Source of the DNA: Takakia lepidozioides
Taxonomy: Eukaryota > Plantae > Bryophyta
DNA: 64,000 bases
Direction of reading: 5' to 3'
NCBI GenBank assembly: GCA_030704615.1
Contig: CM060732.1
Location: 22,878,001-22,942,000, forward strand
Part shown: piece by piece, positions 46,471 to 59,727 of the stretch
Numbering within the stretch: the stretch's first letter is position 1
Layout of the letters: each line of letters starts with the position of its first letter
Notes under the pieces: model-generated
Databases searched by the model: none
Seen by the model: the letters and a program-made list of their open reading frames with translations, nothing else
What the model was told of the DNA's origin: nothing
Translations under genes and position numbers: made by a program

Positions 46471-48923
46471 TCATCTCGCTTTGGGTGAGCTTCCGTGGGC
46501 TTTGCCCTCTACTGGCCCTTGTGCTAACCAGACCTGCATAAGGCTGTTATCCACCAAGCTGCTTGTGGTTCCCCTGAGAGTTTGCTCCTCTCTTAGCTTG
46601 TACAATTCCAACTGCTGTTGTAAAGCCTCCATGCGCTTCGCCTGTGGCTCAACCAATTGCGCATAGGCAGCAAGTAGATTATTGGCTTCCTTCGAAGCCT
46701 TGTTACTGACCGCGATTTCATTTCTATTGGCCACGATGGTTTGTTGCAACTCCACGATGTGTTTCTCTTGATCAGCTTCCCTCTGCCTGTATTGCTTGAA
46801 AGTATCTTCATGGCGACAGATTGTATTCTTCATATCGACAATGAGCTTCATTTGCTCAACATTCTCTTCTTCTGCCTTCGTACATTTTTCCGCTTGACTG
46901 TTTATTTCTTTTGTTGATTGGTCAAGCATAGTTGTAAATGTAGCACATTGTATCGCCATCCTGTTATGCACTGTCTGCAACTCCGTATGTAGTGCATTCA
47001 GTTCTTGCAACTTGCTTTCATGCTGCACCTGCATTTGGTATAGCTGTTGCTTATGTGCTTCGTGCAACTGGTCTTGCGCGAGGCCTGCCTCAATCAATTG
47101 TTGCTTGGCCAACTGCAAAGCCATTTCTGTATTGCCCAAGTCCTGCTTCATCTTGAGAGTGACCTCTTCATCGACCTTGTTTGCACACTCAGTGGCAAGT
47201 CGAGCCTCAAACTCCTTCCTGAGTTCCTCTTTCAAGGCTGTCAATTGGGTAATTGGAACATGGGATTTGACATAAGTCCCCAACAAATTAAGTGTCCTGC
47301 CTATGGAACTCATCAGCATTGCCTGTTGAGGGTCATCATGGTGAGGTTGCTGCTGTTCCTCCCGATCTTCAACAGTATGATGTCTCACTAACCATTCAGG
47401 CCATTGTCCCACCGGATTTTCTTCCTGAACTACTTCATCTATGACTGGTGTTACAGTGTCATGACCTTCCGCCTGTGGTACCTCCAACACAGGTGTGTGC
47501 ATTATATGCACCTCAGGATTTCCCTTGGGCAACTGTTGCACCTCTGGGAATTCTGTCTCCTTGACCAGACCAGAATATTCATAGAGAAGGTCCCCTTTCT
47601 CTATTTCTGCCACTATCTGTTCTGTAGTTGGAATATCTATCCCTTCACTTTCCAAATCAATTATTTCGGGTTGAGCTGCATGGATAACTTGTGACCTTGT
47701 GACAAGTCGTTCAAGTGGCTGTGTTGGCTGTGATGCAGAAGTAACTTCCTCCTCCCTCTCTGAAGGTCCTGCTTCCAGTAATAACATTCTTTTGTGCTGC
47801 TGTGCCCCTTCCTGGTCATGAGCTTGGGAAACATTATCATGCGGAATCCGTGAAGCCAGTGGATCCGCCACTACAGTCTTTCCCCTTCTCTGCCTCTTAG
47901 TCTCGGGTTGTGCTGCTAGTCCACCCTCACTGTGTGAAGAGCCTTGCTCTTCCATTGCAGTTGTTTCTGGCTCAAACACTCCCATTTCCTTCCTTTCTTG
48001 TGCATTAAGTATGCCAGAATTAAGGATTATTTGAGCAATGATTGGGCCAGACACTATGATAGGAGACTTTGCGGTAGTACCTTGTAATCTTTTCATCTCC
48101 TCTACTAGTGCGTTGTACATTATGTCCGCCCATTGTACCTCTTGTCCCTTCAGGCCTTTGAGTATTTCCTCTGTGAAGGATCTGCTCAAATATTGTTGGT
48201 TCTGTTTCAGGGCAAACAGAACGTTCAATACCTGGCCTATCTCTTTTAACCCTGGGTACACAGCTTTGGTACAAGCATAACCCTGAGTTTTAAAGAAACT
48301 CCCTTCTTGGAATAAGTCCCCTATTTGCAGTCTTGCCCTGTGTTCCCCACATGCACCTGACCTGCTGGCAATCGAAACAATTGCTGGAGGTATAGGGGAG
48401 TAATCATTAATTCAACTCCCTTCACCGTTGTTGTTCCTGTCCTTGGCTCAAAGTTCTGCAAAAATTGTAACATGTACTGTCTATGGTGTAGTGTCCAATC
48501 TAGGCTTTGCAATCCTTCCAATCTCAGCTCCTCCAGTATCTTTATCGCCTGTGGGGTAGCCATCGTTTGTTTCTGCAGAATTGTGGTGCTCTTCACCCTG
48601 ATTTCCTCCATTCCTCTCACTCTCTTCATCTTAGACTCACAGAACTGCTTTGGCTGTAACAACTGCAGGAATGCCTGTAGTGCACAAAGCATAAACGTAT
48701 GGTTGCCGCAGAAAGCTATGGGTAATCTCTTGTAAGCCTGCGGGGCTTGCAAGCATTGCTCAAGAGAAAAGCTCTGCTCTGTCGTTTCGTGTCTATGCCA
48801 CTGCGTAAGTAATATTGCGAGCGTATAGTCTGTTAGTTCCTCCATAGTTTCCAAGTTATAGCATTTATGGCCTGTCCTGTCGAGACGCCCGTTACTCAGA
48901 ACGACGCCGCCTCTTGCGCTCAA
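46471..48923 (-). CDS. Extra 3' ORF: Athila-ORF1/Transposase_32-like N-terminus plus long coiled coil (broken near 48300)
   Basis: QFLQNF..TVKGVELMI..LFRLP and QWADIMYNAL..GPIIAQI pattern; Q/E/K heptad region. Confidence 0.55.
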
Positions 48924-49468
48924 TTTCCCTCCATTTTCTTGATCATTTCTCTGGTTTTTTTATTGGCTGTATCTGCTGTGACTGGATTTTAACTTTTATC
49001 TTCTTTAGTGGACTTTCCCTGTTGGATAGTCCACTAGGATCACACATGCGACATGAATTCGGCTTTTCTGTACTTGCCGTTCGTTCCGTTTCCCTTTTTC
49101 CGTATTCATTAATGGGCCCGCCTTTCATCCCATTTGACGGCCGTTCTTGTCCTCTTTCTTTTTGACACCTGTCCTTGCACTTCATTCTCTGCTGTGTGTC
49201 GCACCCTGACCTCCACGTGTCTATTTTTAAATTAATTTCCGTTTCTTCTTCCTTCAGCCATTTTCCTGAAGTTTTTATGTGTCCACTTGTCACTGATTCT
49301 ATGGATCGTGTAACTTTAGTAGGCTGTGTTGAGCTGTGACAGGCTGTGTCATACTGTGTTACCCTGTGATAGGCTGTGATGCACTGTGGTAAGCTGTGAT
49401 AGGCTGTGACACGCTGTGGTATGTTGTTATAGGCTGTGTTGCGCCTTGCTGGGCTGTGGTTGGCTGTG

Positions 49469-52400
49469 TCACGTCGTGATGGGCTTGTGGTTGGCTGTGT
49501 CACGTCGTGATGGGCTGTGATAGGCTGTGTTGCGCCTTGGCGGGCTGTGATAGGCTGTGTCACGTTTGTTTTGCCCACCCTGGTCGTATATGCTGGGCCT
49601 AGCGACAAGTGTTCCATACTCCGTTCGTAACACTGGTGCAGCCCGTGACTGCTCTTGCGGTTCAACATGCAAATCATGCTGCAGGGGTTTGTCATGGATA
49701 CCACTGTACCCCTTCAACTTATTTGCATTGACTCTTCCCAGCATTTCTTTGTTAATGGTTTGTAACATGGCGGTGTTGTTATCATACATCTTTTGTATGA
49801 CATAAGGTCCTTTCCACGGTGATTTAAGCTTAGAAGCTTGAATCTTTCCTTTCTTCTGCAACCATAGAACCAAATCCCCCGTCTTAAAAGTCTTTAATTT
49901 TCCTTCATCAAACTGTTCCTTTCGCTTCATCTGAATTCTGGTCATATTATCAGCTGCATCAGCACGTACTTCTTCCACATGGTATAATTCATGTTTCCTG
50001 ACCTTGATGGAGTCTTGCAATTCCATTCTTTTTCCCCACTCCGTTCTCATGGTAGGTAACAGGAAATTCCACTGGAAGTAAGGCTTCCATACCATAAACT
50101 AATTGGAATGGTGTATACTTAGTGGTGACTTTATATGAAGTCCTGTATGACCACAAAGCTGTCAGCAGCTTTGTATCCCAATCCGTTCTGTTTGCATTGA
50201 CTATCTTAGCCAAGATAGTACATAGTATTTTGTTGGTAGCCTCTGCCTGCCCATTACCCTGTGGGTAATATGTTGTACTCTTTCTATGCACAATCATAAA
50301 CTCTTTAGTCAACAACTCAATGGTCTCATTCATGAAGTGACTTCCTTGATCACTGATAAATTCTAAGGGACATCCAAATCGTGTAAGTATGTTCTCGTAC
50401 AGGAACCTTGCTGTGGACTTGGCTGTGTTGTCCCTCAAAGCTTTAGCTTCCACCCACTTTGTAGTATAATCAGTGGCTGTAATTATGTACCTGTTTCGTG
50501 TATTCTTGGATGGTGGATTAATTGGTCCAACAAAGTCTAGTCCCCATTTCTGAAATGGTTCCGTAGGCATTGTAGGATGCAAGGCCATTCTTCCAGATCT
50601 CTGCAAAGGTCCTAGCCTCTGACATTCATCACACTTCTGACAATACTCATGTACATCTTTGAACAAAGTAGGCCACCAGTATCCTGCGAGTAGTATCTTT
50701 CTACTGGTAGTCTCTTCTCCAAAATGACCTCCAGCCACTCCTTTATGAACTTCCTCCAAGACTTTATTTACTTCATGGTGGTACAAGCATCGTTTTAGTA
50801 CTCCATCAGGTCCTAACTTATACATTCTGCTTCCTACCATAGTATAAGGTAAAGCTTTGATAGCAATTCTCTTCCTCTGCTCCTTACCATAACTAGGTGG
50901 GCACTGACCATGAGCAAGGTAGTATCTGATTGGCCACTGCCAATCTAACCATTCATCTGCACTTCCTTGCACCTCCATTACAAATAAACTCGCATCAGGT
51001 AACTGATCGTCCACTCCTGTGGCGGCCTCTCCTGTTGTTAGTCGTGACAAATGATCTGCCACAAGATGCAAACGGCCAGGCTTGTAAATAACCTCGAACT
51101 CAAACTCATGCAAGATTATTAACCACCTCGCTATCCTTCCACTTATCAAAGGTTTGTTCACCAGATATATCAGAGCCTGGTGATCCACATAAAACATAAA
51201 CTTTCTTCCCAATAGGTAATGCCTGAATTTCTTGACTGCATAAATCATTGCCAATGCTTCTCTTTCCGTTGTGCTATAGTTCCTCTCAGCACTGTTCATC
51301 AACGGCTAGCATAGTACACAGGTGAATCTATATTCCTGTAACATTCTGGGCTAACACCGCACCCAACGCTTCTCCTGATGCATCGCAGTGAACATGAAAT
51401 ACTACATGCCAGTGAGGGTTAATCAGCACAGGTGTAGTTGTTACTGACAGTGTAAGTTCCTCAAACGCCTGTTGACATTCAGCTGTCCAGGCAAACACTG
51501 CATCTTTCTTCAGAAGCTTGCTCAATGGTGCTGCTATTTGTGCATACCTTTTGACAAATCTTCTGTAATAACTGGTTTGCCCAAGGAATCTCCTTAAACT
51601 CTTAACATTCACTGGTGGTGGAGAGACTTTAATGGACTCTGTCTTCCTGGGATCCACAAGAAGTCCCTTCTTACACACAATGTGTCCCAGAAGCACCCCT
51701 GAGTTCACACAGAAAGTACACTTCTCTGGATTCAAGCCCAGACCTCTCATCCTGCATCTGGCCAGGCATAACTCCAATTTATGCAAGTGCTCATTCTTAG
51801 AGCTGTACACACTGAAATCATCCAAAAAACCTGCATGAAATCATCCAGATACTCATGAAAAGATTCACTTATCACTCTCTGAAAGGTCGCTGGTGCATTA
51901 CAAAGTCCAAAGGGCATGACTTTGTATGCATAAGCCCCCCAGTCTGTGATGAAAGCTGTTTTCCCTTGGTCTTCTTCTGCCACTTGCACTTGATTATAAC
52001 CACTGAAGCCATCCATGAATGAGTACATCTCATGGCCTGCCACAGTGTCTAATACTGCTTCTGTGAATGGCAAAGGGAAAGGATCTTTCTTCGTACAAGC
52101 ATTCAGCTTCTTATAGTTCACACATACTCTTAGTTTGCCATTCTTCTTGGGAACTATAACAATGGGTGACAACCAAGTTGTATACTCTATTGGGTATATA
52201 AACTTAGCCTCAGCCAACTTCTTTATCTCTTCTCCAACCTTCTGTGCGTAGTTGGGATTCATTCTATACCTCGCCTGCTTGATTGGTACTGACCCTGGTT
52301 CCAGTTCAATCTTATGCTGACAGACTTCAGGTGGTATCCCTTTTAGATCCTCATAGCTCCAAGCAAATACATCTCTGTATTTGATGAACAAGCTTTTAGC

Positions 52401-53414
52401 TTCTTCGAAGAATTCCGGCTCCAAATCAGCTCCTACTTTCACCATTCTCGGTTCCTCCTGAGTTCCCACATTTACTTCTCTCACCTGCTCATCAGCTGTG
52501 ATTGTCCAACCAGTCACCACTTCATCCTTTAAGCTCACAGTGGCTGGTTCTTCTAGGATTTCTATCTCTCCCTCCTTTTCTTCATAGAAATGTGGTGGGT
52601 AACTGCTGGTTTCCTCTTCAATTGGTGTTGCTGTCACTACACCACAGCAGATACCTCTTAAACAACTTAGGCTTTCCAGCCGCATCTCCGCAACCTGCTC
52701 CCACTCTGGGTGTGCAGCAAATAGGGTAGCTTCCTGCTCCTCATCCAGTCCTCCTCTCCAGTCATACTCTCTGACTCCTCGAGGTCTTCTTGTAGCAGGT
52801 AATCTACTAGATTTCTTTGTGGTAATTTGTATCTCGTGCATCCCATTATGCACAGTTAGTAACTGAGAATTCCAGTCATGGAATACCCTGGCCTGTTTCA
52901 GCCACGGACGTCCCAATAATAAGGAGTAAGCCTCCATGACTTCATCCATTTTTAATACAGTTACTGTGATCATAAAGATCATTTTCTGTATCTGTATCTT
53001 AACTCCTCTTATTAATCCCAATGGCTGTACACTTCTTTGATCTGCCATTGTTACTGTAAATGGGGCTGGTTTCATGTTACTTAGACCAAGCTTCTTCCTT
53101 AATTGGTCTGTCATGATATTTACTCCAGAACCACCATCTATCAGTACATCAGTTAGTTCTGTGCTTCCAATTCTCAATTGGATTACTGGCATAGAATCAT
53201 CAAAGTCCATGACTGGTTCTCGCCCTTCCGGCTTCACATTATAACTGGTCACCTTGCTGTTCAGGTCTGTGTTTCCTGTCTCTTGGGCAATTCGATTGAT
53301 TGCCTGATACAGCCTGTGCCTACAATAAGGTGCCACAGCTAATAGCTGTCCAATGGTAATTTCTGCTTTGGTCTGACATATTACTTCAGCCAAAGTCTCT
53401 TCATTACTTTGCAT
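49469..53414 (-). pseudogene. pol: Pol PR-RT-RH-INT with several frameshifts
   Basis: LIDGGSGVN, MDGFSGYNQ, PFGLCNAP, (L)DDF, HCDAS, EREALA, GGHFG..CDEC, GLDF/SDQG/QAE, WKGPY. Confidence 0.95.
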
Positions 53415-55686
53415 GTCTGCATCTTTTTTTTCCTTTCTTCCTCACTCCCTTCTTTTTCTCCATCCGAATCAGAGGAATCTGCCACAGGAATATCAGTACT
53501 CTTTTGCATTTCCCTTATAGTATCTGCCACTTCCTTGTGCAGTTCCTTCTCATCTTTCCAAGTCTCTTCATCTTCAGGCATATCATTGCCACTTCCATTC
53601 TCATCTTCTTCCTCTTCTACTGGAGGTATTAGTTTGGCTTTACTTCTTGTTACTATCATTGTACTTACTTCTGGTACAACACATGGCCTAACCATGTGAG
53701 CTGCCACCACTGGGCCCTCATTCACAGGAGCTCTCATCTCATTCTGGTGTCTTATCCAGAATGAACAGGCTGCCTTGCGATGTCCTGGCTGATTACAATA
53801 GTAACATAGCTCTTCACCATTGGGTCCTCGCCCTTGGTCTGTTCTTGGATTATTTCTATAATCCTGATTCCCGGGCTGGTAATTCCCCCTTGGATTACCC
53901 TGATAGTTGCCTCTGGAATTTCCTTGGTAATTCCCTCTTGAATTACCTCTCCCTTCCATGCCATTGTTATAACCACCAGACCTACCATAGTGGTCCTGAT
54001 CATTGTTTCTTCTTGGCTGGGGCTGCACCTGATGCACCCTTACTTGCCTAGGTTCTCTTGCAGCTGTCCTTCTGTTGTAGTAACAATTCTCAGTAGAATG
54101 GTTATCCATTTTACAGATAGTACAGTGTTTCTCCTTCATGTGGCATTCTGTGGTGGTATGGCCTTCATTCTGGCACTTTGCACACCATACACCCTTCCTC
54201 CAATGTGTTGCAGCCTCTGTGGCATACTTCTTCAAGATTTCTTCCAATTTTTTTTCATAGTTATCCCTCTTCAACTTCTCCTTTCTCTTACTCTTTCTTT
54301 TTAGTTCTTGCTCTTCTTCTTCATCTGACTCATCCTCAGAGTCCTCATCTTCTTTTTTCTCTCTCCTGAGCATTCCCAATTGCTCAATTCTGTTCGCAGT
54401 TTCAAATGCCTCCTCCACTGTATTATGGGGTAACATATCCACTTTCTTTTGCAACTCTGGTCTTAGTCCACTCACAAACCAAGTCTTCTGTAAACCGGGC
54501 GCTGGTACTGCAGCCAGCTTTTTCATCATCAATTCCATCTTCTCCATATACTCTTCAACAGTTTCATGCTTCTTCTGCTTCAGCTGTTGTAAACTTCCAT
54601 ACACTTCATCCTCAGTTTTACTTGTCCTGAACCTATTTCGAAATGCTGTATTCAAGCCATTCCAGGTTAGGAAATGATTATCAGGGAATCTTGCATACCA
54701 TTCACTTGCTTTCTTGATAAGTGAACAAGGAAACAGTCTCATCTTGGCATCATCGCCATTCTCATTGTTCACTATACACATGTGCTCAAATTGGCTAATG
54801 TGTACATCGGGATCCCCTTTTCCTGAATATATTGGAAAGGGTGGTTTTGCCCGTGTTGGTTGTAACGCCATCTGTGGCCCTACCTTCTGCCCACTGACAG
54901 GTGCTGGCACCCTTGCTGGTGCTGGTCCTTCTGGACCTGTTGTTTTTGTGGTGGATCTTCCACCAAGTGGTGGCCCTTGAGCACTCCTTGCTTCTGGTCC
55001 CACGATATTCACAGTATTCCCAGCTTCAGTTGCACTACTTCCCACACTCCCTGTCCCCCCAGAGCCAGATCCAGGCAGCCCGCCTGATCCCCCTGAGCCG
55101 ACACCTTCGTTGGCCTGTGATCCAAGTGCTCCACTTGATCCAGGTCCAACGGGTTGGGATGTCCTGGTTGTAGTCTCAACCTCAGCTGTTGGGTCTACTT
55201 CTTCATATTCTTCCTCTTCTAATTTCTTCTCTCTGTTTTCATCCTCCAAGTTCTGCCCTTGGGTTTCTTCTTCACTCATGTAACTCAACTGTAATGGTGT
55301 TGGAGAGTCTGAACTCTCCGTTGGCTCTGCCACTCATCTTCTGCTTCAGAAACTGGAGTTCCTGCTTTTGGTGTTCCATGCCAACTCTTATCAAAGATTT
55401 CTGTCAAGTCTTTTATCCAAGGATGTACCTCAGATCTTTCACCTCGTGATTGATCTTCTTCCTGTACCAATTCCCTTAATCTTTCTTGCAAAGAAACAGA
55501 AGGAGTGGCATCCAACTCTAGTTCTTCCGGTATAGGTGATGCACTTTTTGATCTTGATGGTGTGAGAGGTCCAGATGATTCCCCTATGTCTATTCCTCTC
55601 TCCCAAAGATATGGATAATTAGCTTTCAGATAGCTTTCTCTTTTTGATGAATATCTCTGTCGTCTAGCTTCTCTTTCATCACTCAT
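53381..55686 (-). CDS. gag: Gag (ORF 53381-55333 plus frameshifted upstream part)
   Basis: YSGKGDPDVHI, LKQKKHETVEEY, zinc knuckles CAKC..GH...C, CTIC..NH...C, CYYC..GH...C. Confidence 0.92.
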
Positions 55687-55707
55687 GTCCCATGTCTTTC
55701 ATTTCTT

Positions 55708-56253
55708 TTAATGTGGCAATAACCAAAACTCTCTTCTGTAATATCTCTCGTATATGCCTGGGTTTCTTTCAAGCTTCAATGCACCCTTGGCTATACTTGA
55801 AGTCTCCGTTACCATATAACCATATGGCAAACAAGTCTGAAAAGCTGTTCTTGGTGTGAGTTTGATCCACAAAATATCCTTTGGAATCCAATTCTTTACC
55901 AGTACAAGCTCTTCATGCATATGAGTATAAACATTCACCTTTCTTTCTTCCCAGCCTTCAAACTCTACTCGTTTAATGGATAGCAACGCTATCACATAAA
56001 CTAATGTTGGTAACCAACGTGCTCTTCCTCTACAGGCTACCTGATAAATCTTTATCACTCCTTTCTCCAGACCCCATTCTGGATCAGCATCATGCACTCG
56101 TTTAAGAATATTTTCTTTACATCCGTCTGGCAATTCCAAGAACCTTTGAAAGAATTGTTTGGACAATCTTTCTTCCTTCGTTCCACAGGGAATTTGATTC
56201 ACTTCAAATTCTTTAATGGTCCAACCACCATGATCCCACCAGATGCCTGTCAC
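55708..56253 (-). CDS. Extra ORF upstream of gag, unknown function (181 aa)
   Basis: ORF between the PBS and gag. Confidence 0.45.
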   Translation of the reverse strand: MTGIWWDHGGWTIKEFEVNQIPCGTKEERLSKQFFQRFLELPDGCKENILKRVHDADPEWGLEKGVIKIYQVACRGRARWLPTLVYVIALLSIKRVEFEGWEERKVNVYTHMHEELVLVKNWIPKDILWIKLTPRTAFQTCLPYGYMVTETSSIAKGALKLERNPGIYERYYRREFWLLPH

Positions 56254-56295
56254 ATCTGGTTGTTAATGTCCCAGGTCCCCAGTATGGTCGCCAAA

Positions 56296-57327
56296 TGTCG
56301 CGCGGCTTTTACTCACCCATCCCTTCGCTATCCGAGGCGGAAACTCCAAGATAGAAGAGTTGGAAATCTCTAAGTACTCAGCCCGCGCAGAACAATCAGT
56401 CATGACCTACAGCTAGTGTATCATGGGGGTGTTTCCTATTTGTTTCCCTTTCCGCATTCATCTTAGCTACCTTACCATTGATAATTAAGTATCAGTTTGC
56501 TTCATCAATCTATCGGTTTCCTTCACTCATCCATTCAATCCACAGCTTCACTCAGATCTCTCTACACAGTGTGATTGTATCGTATAAGTATCAGATTATG
56601 ATTTATCAGGTATCAGGCCGAAGCCATTATGTCTCTAATCTGCTCTCCAATATCACTACAGCTTTGCATATAACAAGCATCTACTAATCCTCTTTTCTCC
56701 ATCTCTTGCCTCCGATCTCCGCTCCAGCCTGACTCCCAAGTCCTCCCCGAATAATGATCATCCTCCTTCATTCCTCGTTTCTCCCTTTATCCTCCTATCC
56801 GCGGTTCTAACCGTTTCCCTCTCTAACCGTCGTCTGTGAACTAACATGTTCCCTTCGCAGGTGTTGTTCCCCACAGTCGTTCCCTGTCCTACTCTTCGTT
56901 CCCTATGATCGTGACCGCTGTGTCAAGCTGTGACTGGCTGTGTGAAACTGTGACGGGCTGTGACTGGCTGTGCGACTGTGTTTGGCTGTGTCGGGCTGTG
57001 ATTGGCCGTGTGGGCTGTGACGACTGTGACGGGCTGTGTTGGCTGTGTCGGCTGTGACTGGCTGTGTGGGCTGTGACGACTGTGACGGGCTGTGTTGGCT
57101 GTGACGACTGTGACGGGCTGTGTTGGCTGTGTTAACTGTGACGACTGTGACGGGTTGTGTTGGCTGTATGGGCTGTGACGACTGTGACGGGCTGTGACGA
57201 CTGTGTAACCCCCCTCTACAGTGCGCTGCTGTCACCCTTAAGGCTCCTATTGGTCTCAGTCTGTGCAAAATTAAGGGTACCCTACAGATCCCGTATAAGT
57301 GTCTAAGTCCCCTACAGTCCTCTAACA
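56296..57327 (-). repeat. 5' LTR
   Basis: Direct repeat of 44032-45043; differs mainly in minisatellite length. Confidence 0.97.
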
Positions 57328-59727
57328 GGTGTGTACCAGGTTCGTTGTAACATAGGCGGTTTCAGTTCCCCTACCACAAGCAGTGGTATGTCATCACATG
57401 TCTGATATGATTCCCGAACACATAGATGAGGGAAAGAGTCAGGTTATTATAGGAAAGACACTTACTTGTTCACGTCATGCATTGCTGTCAAGAGCGCAGT
57501 GATGTTTCCCTTGGGATCCAGCACCATTGAGGCCACACAATAGTGCCACTCCTCCTCAATGCTATGATACCTCGATATCATGTTCTGCCCAGCAAGCAAT
57601 CAATGGTTGCCATCCCAGACATGGAACATCTTGCCTGAGAAAGGCTGGGTAACAAGCCTCTTGCAAATAATTGATTCAAACTCGTCGTTGATACGTCGCC
57701 AAATTGGATCCCAACCTCCAACAATGGTCTCGTCCACCAAAACTTCCCTGCTGTTGGCGTCATTCAACGAAACATAAAACATAGATTGACCCTCTATGTA
57801 CCCATGGAAAAAATCTTGTTCCAGCTTTGCAATGTCATTTGTGAGGGTTGGTCGGATGAATGGCATGGAGATCAACCTGCACAGTGGGATCATTAATTTC
57901 CCCCCAGGAACGCCCATGGCCGTGATGACTTGGGCTGAGTTCATTTTCGAGAAGGACAACAGATCTTTTGCCCTGTTCTGGTATGGCCTGCCATCGTCTT
58001 CCTCCTCAACAACAATAAATTTGTGCTCTTTGTCTTCATCCTGCTCCAGGGGAACACCTCTCCTTTTCTTTGCCTACATTCAAAAAGAAAAGTCTCCATG
58101 CAAAAGCAATGTCACAAATTGATTGTGTTGACACACGCAATTCTGAAGCCTCTGCAGAGTGTACATCCTCTCTGCAAGTTGAAGATATAAATGTGCATTG
58201 ATCTCGGAAATGAGAGACCCACACTCCAGAGAATGTCCTTCAGAACTACCCCAGAAATTGCGTGTGTCAACGCACGCAATTTCGGTGGGTGCTCTGAAGT
58301 GTTTCTCATGGATTTAAGACAATCTTTTTGTGCTCACACATTCAGGCATTCAGATCTGTTTACACCTCTGGATATCCATCACAACACCCTCTGAAATTGA
58401 GTGCGTTGACGTACGCAATTTCTGGGGGTTCTCTTAGGGACATGCAGAGAATGTTGTAGCTGATATCATGCAGCCCATTTCCCTCTGTTGATGGCTGCGT
58501 TTAGAGATGTTGAGTGCATAACATGGCTTTCAGAGCACCTCCAGAAATTGCGTGCGTTGACGCACGCAATTTTCTTGAGGTGCTCTCAAGGTCCTGCTCC
58601 CAACACAGCCTCCCTTTCTTGTTCAGTGAATAAAAAAAATGAGTAAATGAAAAACTAGCAGAACACCCATCTGTGACACCTTGATCTACTTGAAGTAGAA
58701 AAGACATGAATGCAGGGCATGAAATTGCATGTGTCAGCACACGTAATTTCCATGCCCTTCAATCTGCACCAAAAGAGAGGAAGGAAGATCATCACCTGTG
58801 GTCCTTTCGGGGGAGCACTCCTTGATGCCTTGGATGCAGTAGCACTGCCCGTCTGCGCAGCCTTCTTCCTCTTCGGCGTCGCCTCCTTCTCAATAACACT
58901 CTTCCCCTTTGGCATGGGTTCCTTAGCAACAGCGTCGGGCTCCTCTGTGTCCACATCGTCTGTGTCGCTCTCTGATGGTGTTCCATCCCCTCCTTGGGCA
59001 GCCCCGACCGCCTGGTCCTACACAGTCATGTGTTCTGTTTCCAGGGCCGAACTCTCCTCTGCTATATCTTGAAGCGTCAAATCCAGCTTGCGACCTCTCA
59101 TTCTCTCTCTCGCCCTCTTCCTCTCTTGCGTTGAGGTAAAGAAGAAAGACTGCCTTCTACGCCTACCACTCTCTCGGTGGGAACTTATTCTCCTGCTAGT
59201 CTCCAGCTTGAAAATGAGGATCTGCTGGGCTCAGAGACGTCGTGCGAGGGGATGCAGGCGGGGCCTCGCTGGCTACAGTTATGCATGGGTTCACCTCAGA
59301 CGTGTTCACATAGCACAGGAACACTTGTGCATTTGGCACTGGCCGCCGTCCCCCCTCGTGTCCATATGGCCATACCCTGGATCCGATGTCCATACATGTG
59401 CAAGTGGATTTTGCGCATTACGGCGGTTCAGAACTTCTCATTGGTTCTGCACCCATTTTGGCAGCCGTGCTATGAATGCAATGTCTGGGCCCACGTGCCT
59501 GAAAACATTACAAAGACATTGTATCCCAGATTTTCCGGCTCCGCCGTCTTTTGAACTGGGTGTGGGTAGGCACATAACTGCTTGACATCTGTTTTAACAA
59601 CTGTTTACACAATTGTTCTTCAAGGACTCTTCAACTGTCTGTCAGCTATTGATGAACAAAATCCACGGAAGTCGTGGGCCTCTCCACTTTCGAGCTCCAT
59701 CTAGCTCGGAATTATTCGTCTTTCACC

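Larger units (their letters stand above)
44032..57327 (-). mobile_element. Full-length non-chromovirus Ty3/Gypsy retrotransposon with extra ORFs (13.3 kb)
   Basis: TSD GGTGT (44027-44031, 57328-57332); LTRs TG..CA; PBS TGGCGACCATACTGGGG (tRNA-Arg-like) at ~56277-56293; PPT GAGGGGGGAAGGGG at 45047-45060. Confidence 0.97.
41389..59200 (-). pseudogene. ParB-MTase gene copy B (segments 41389-44031 and 57333-~59200), split by Gypsy
   Basis: IPLCRL..IRP..F.HGY..FHVWDGNH*; ADMVIVDIPDG..FLSDGGVL..EKSPAFIQTIIETCS..IVDLTLGTG/GASYHAC..RHLFGMEGD. Confidence 0.8.
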
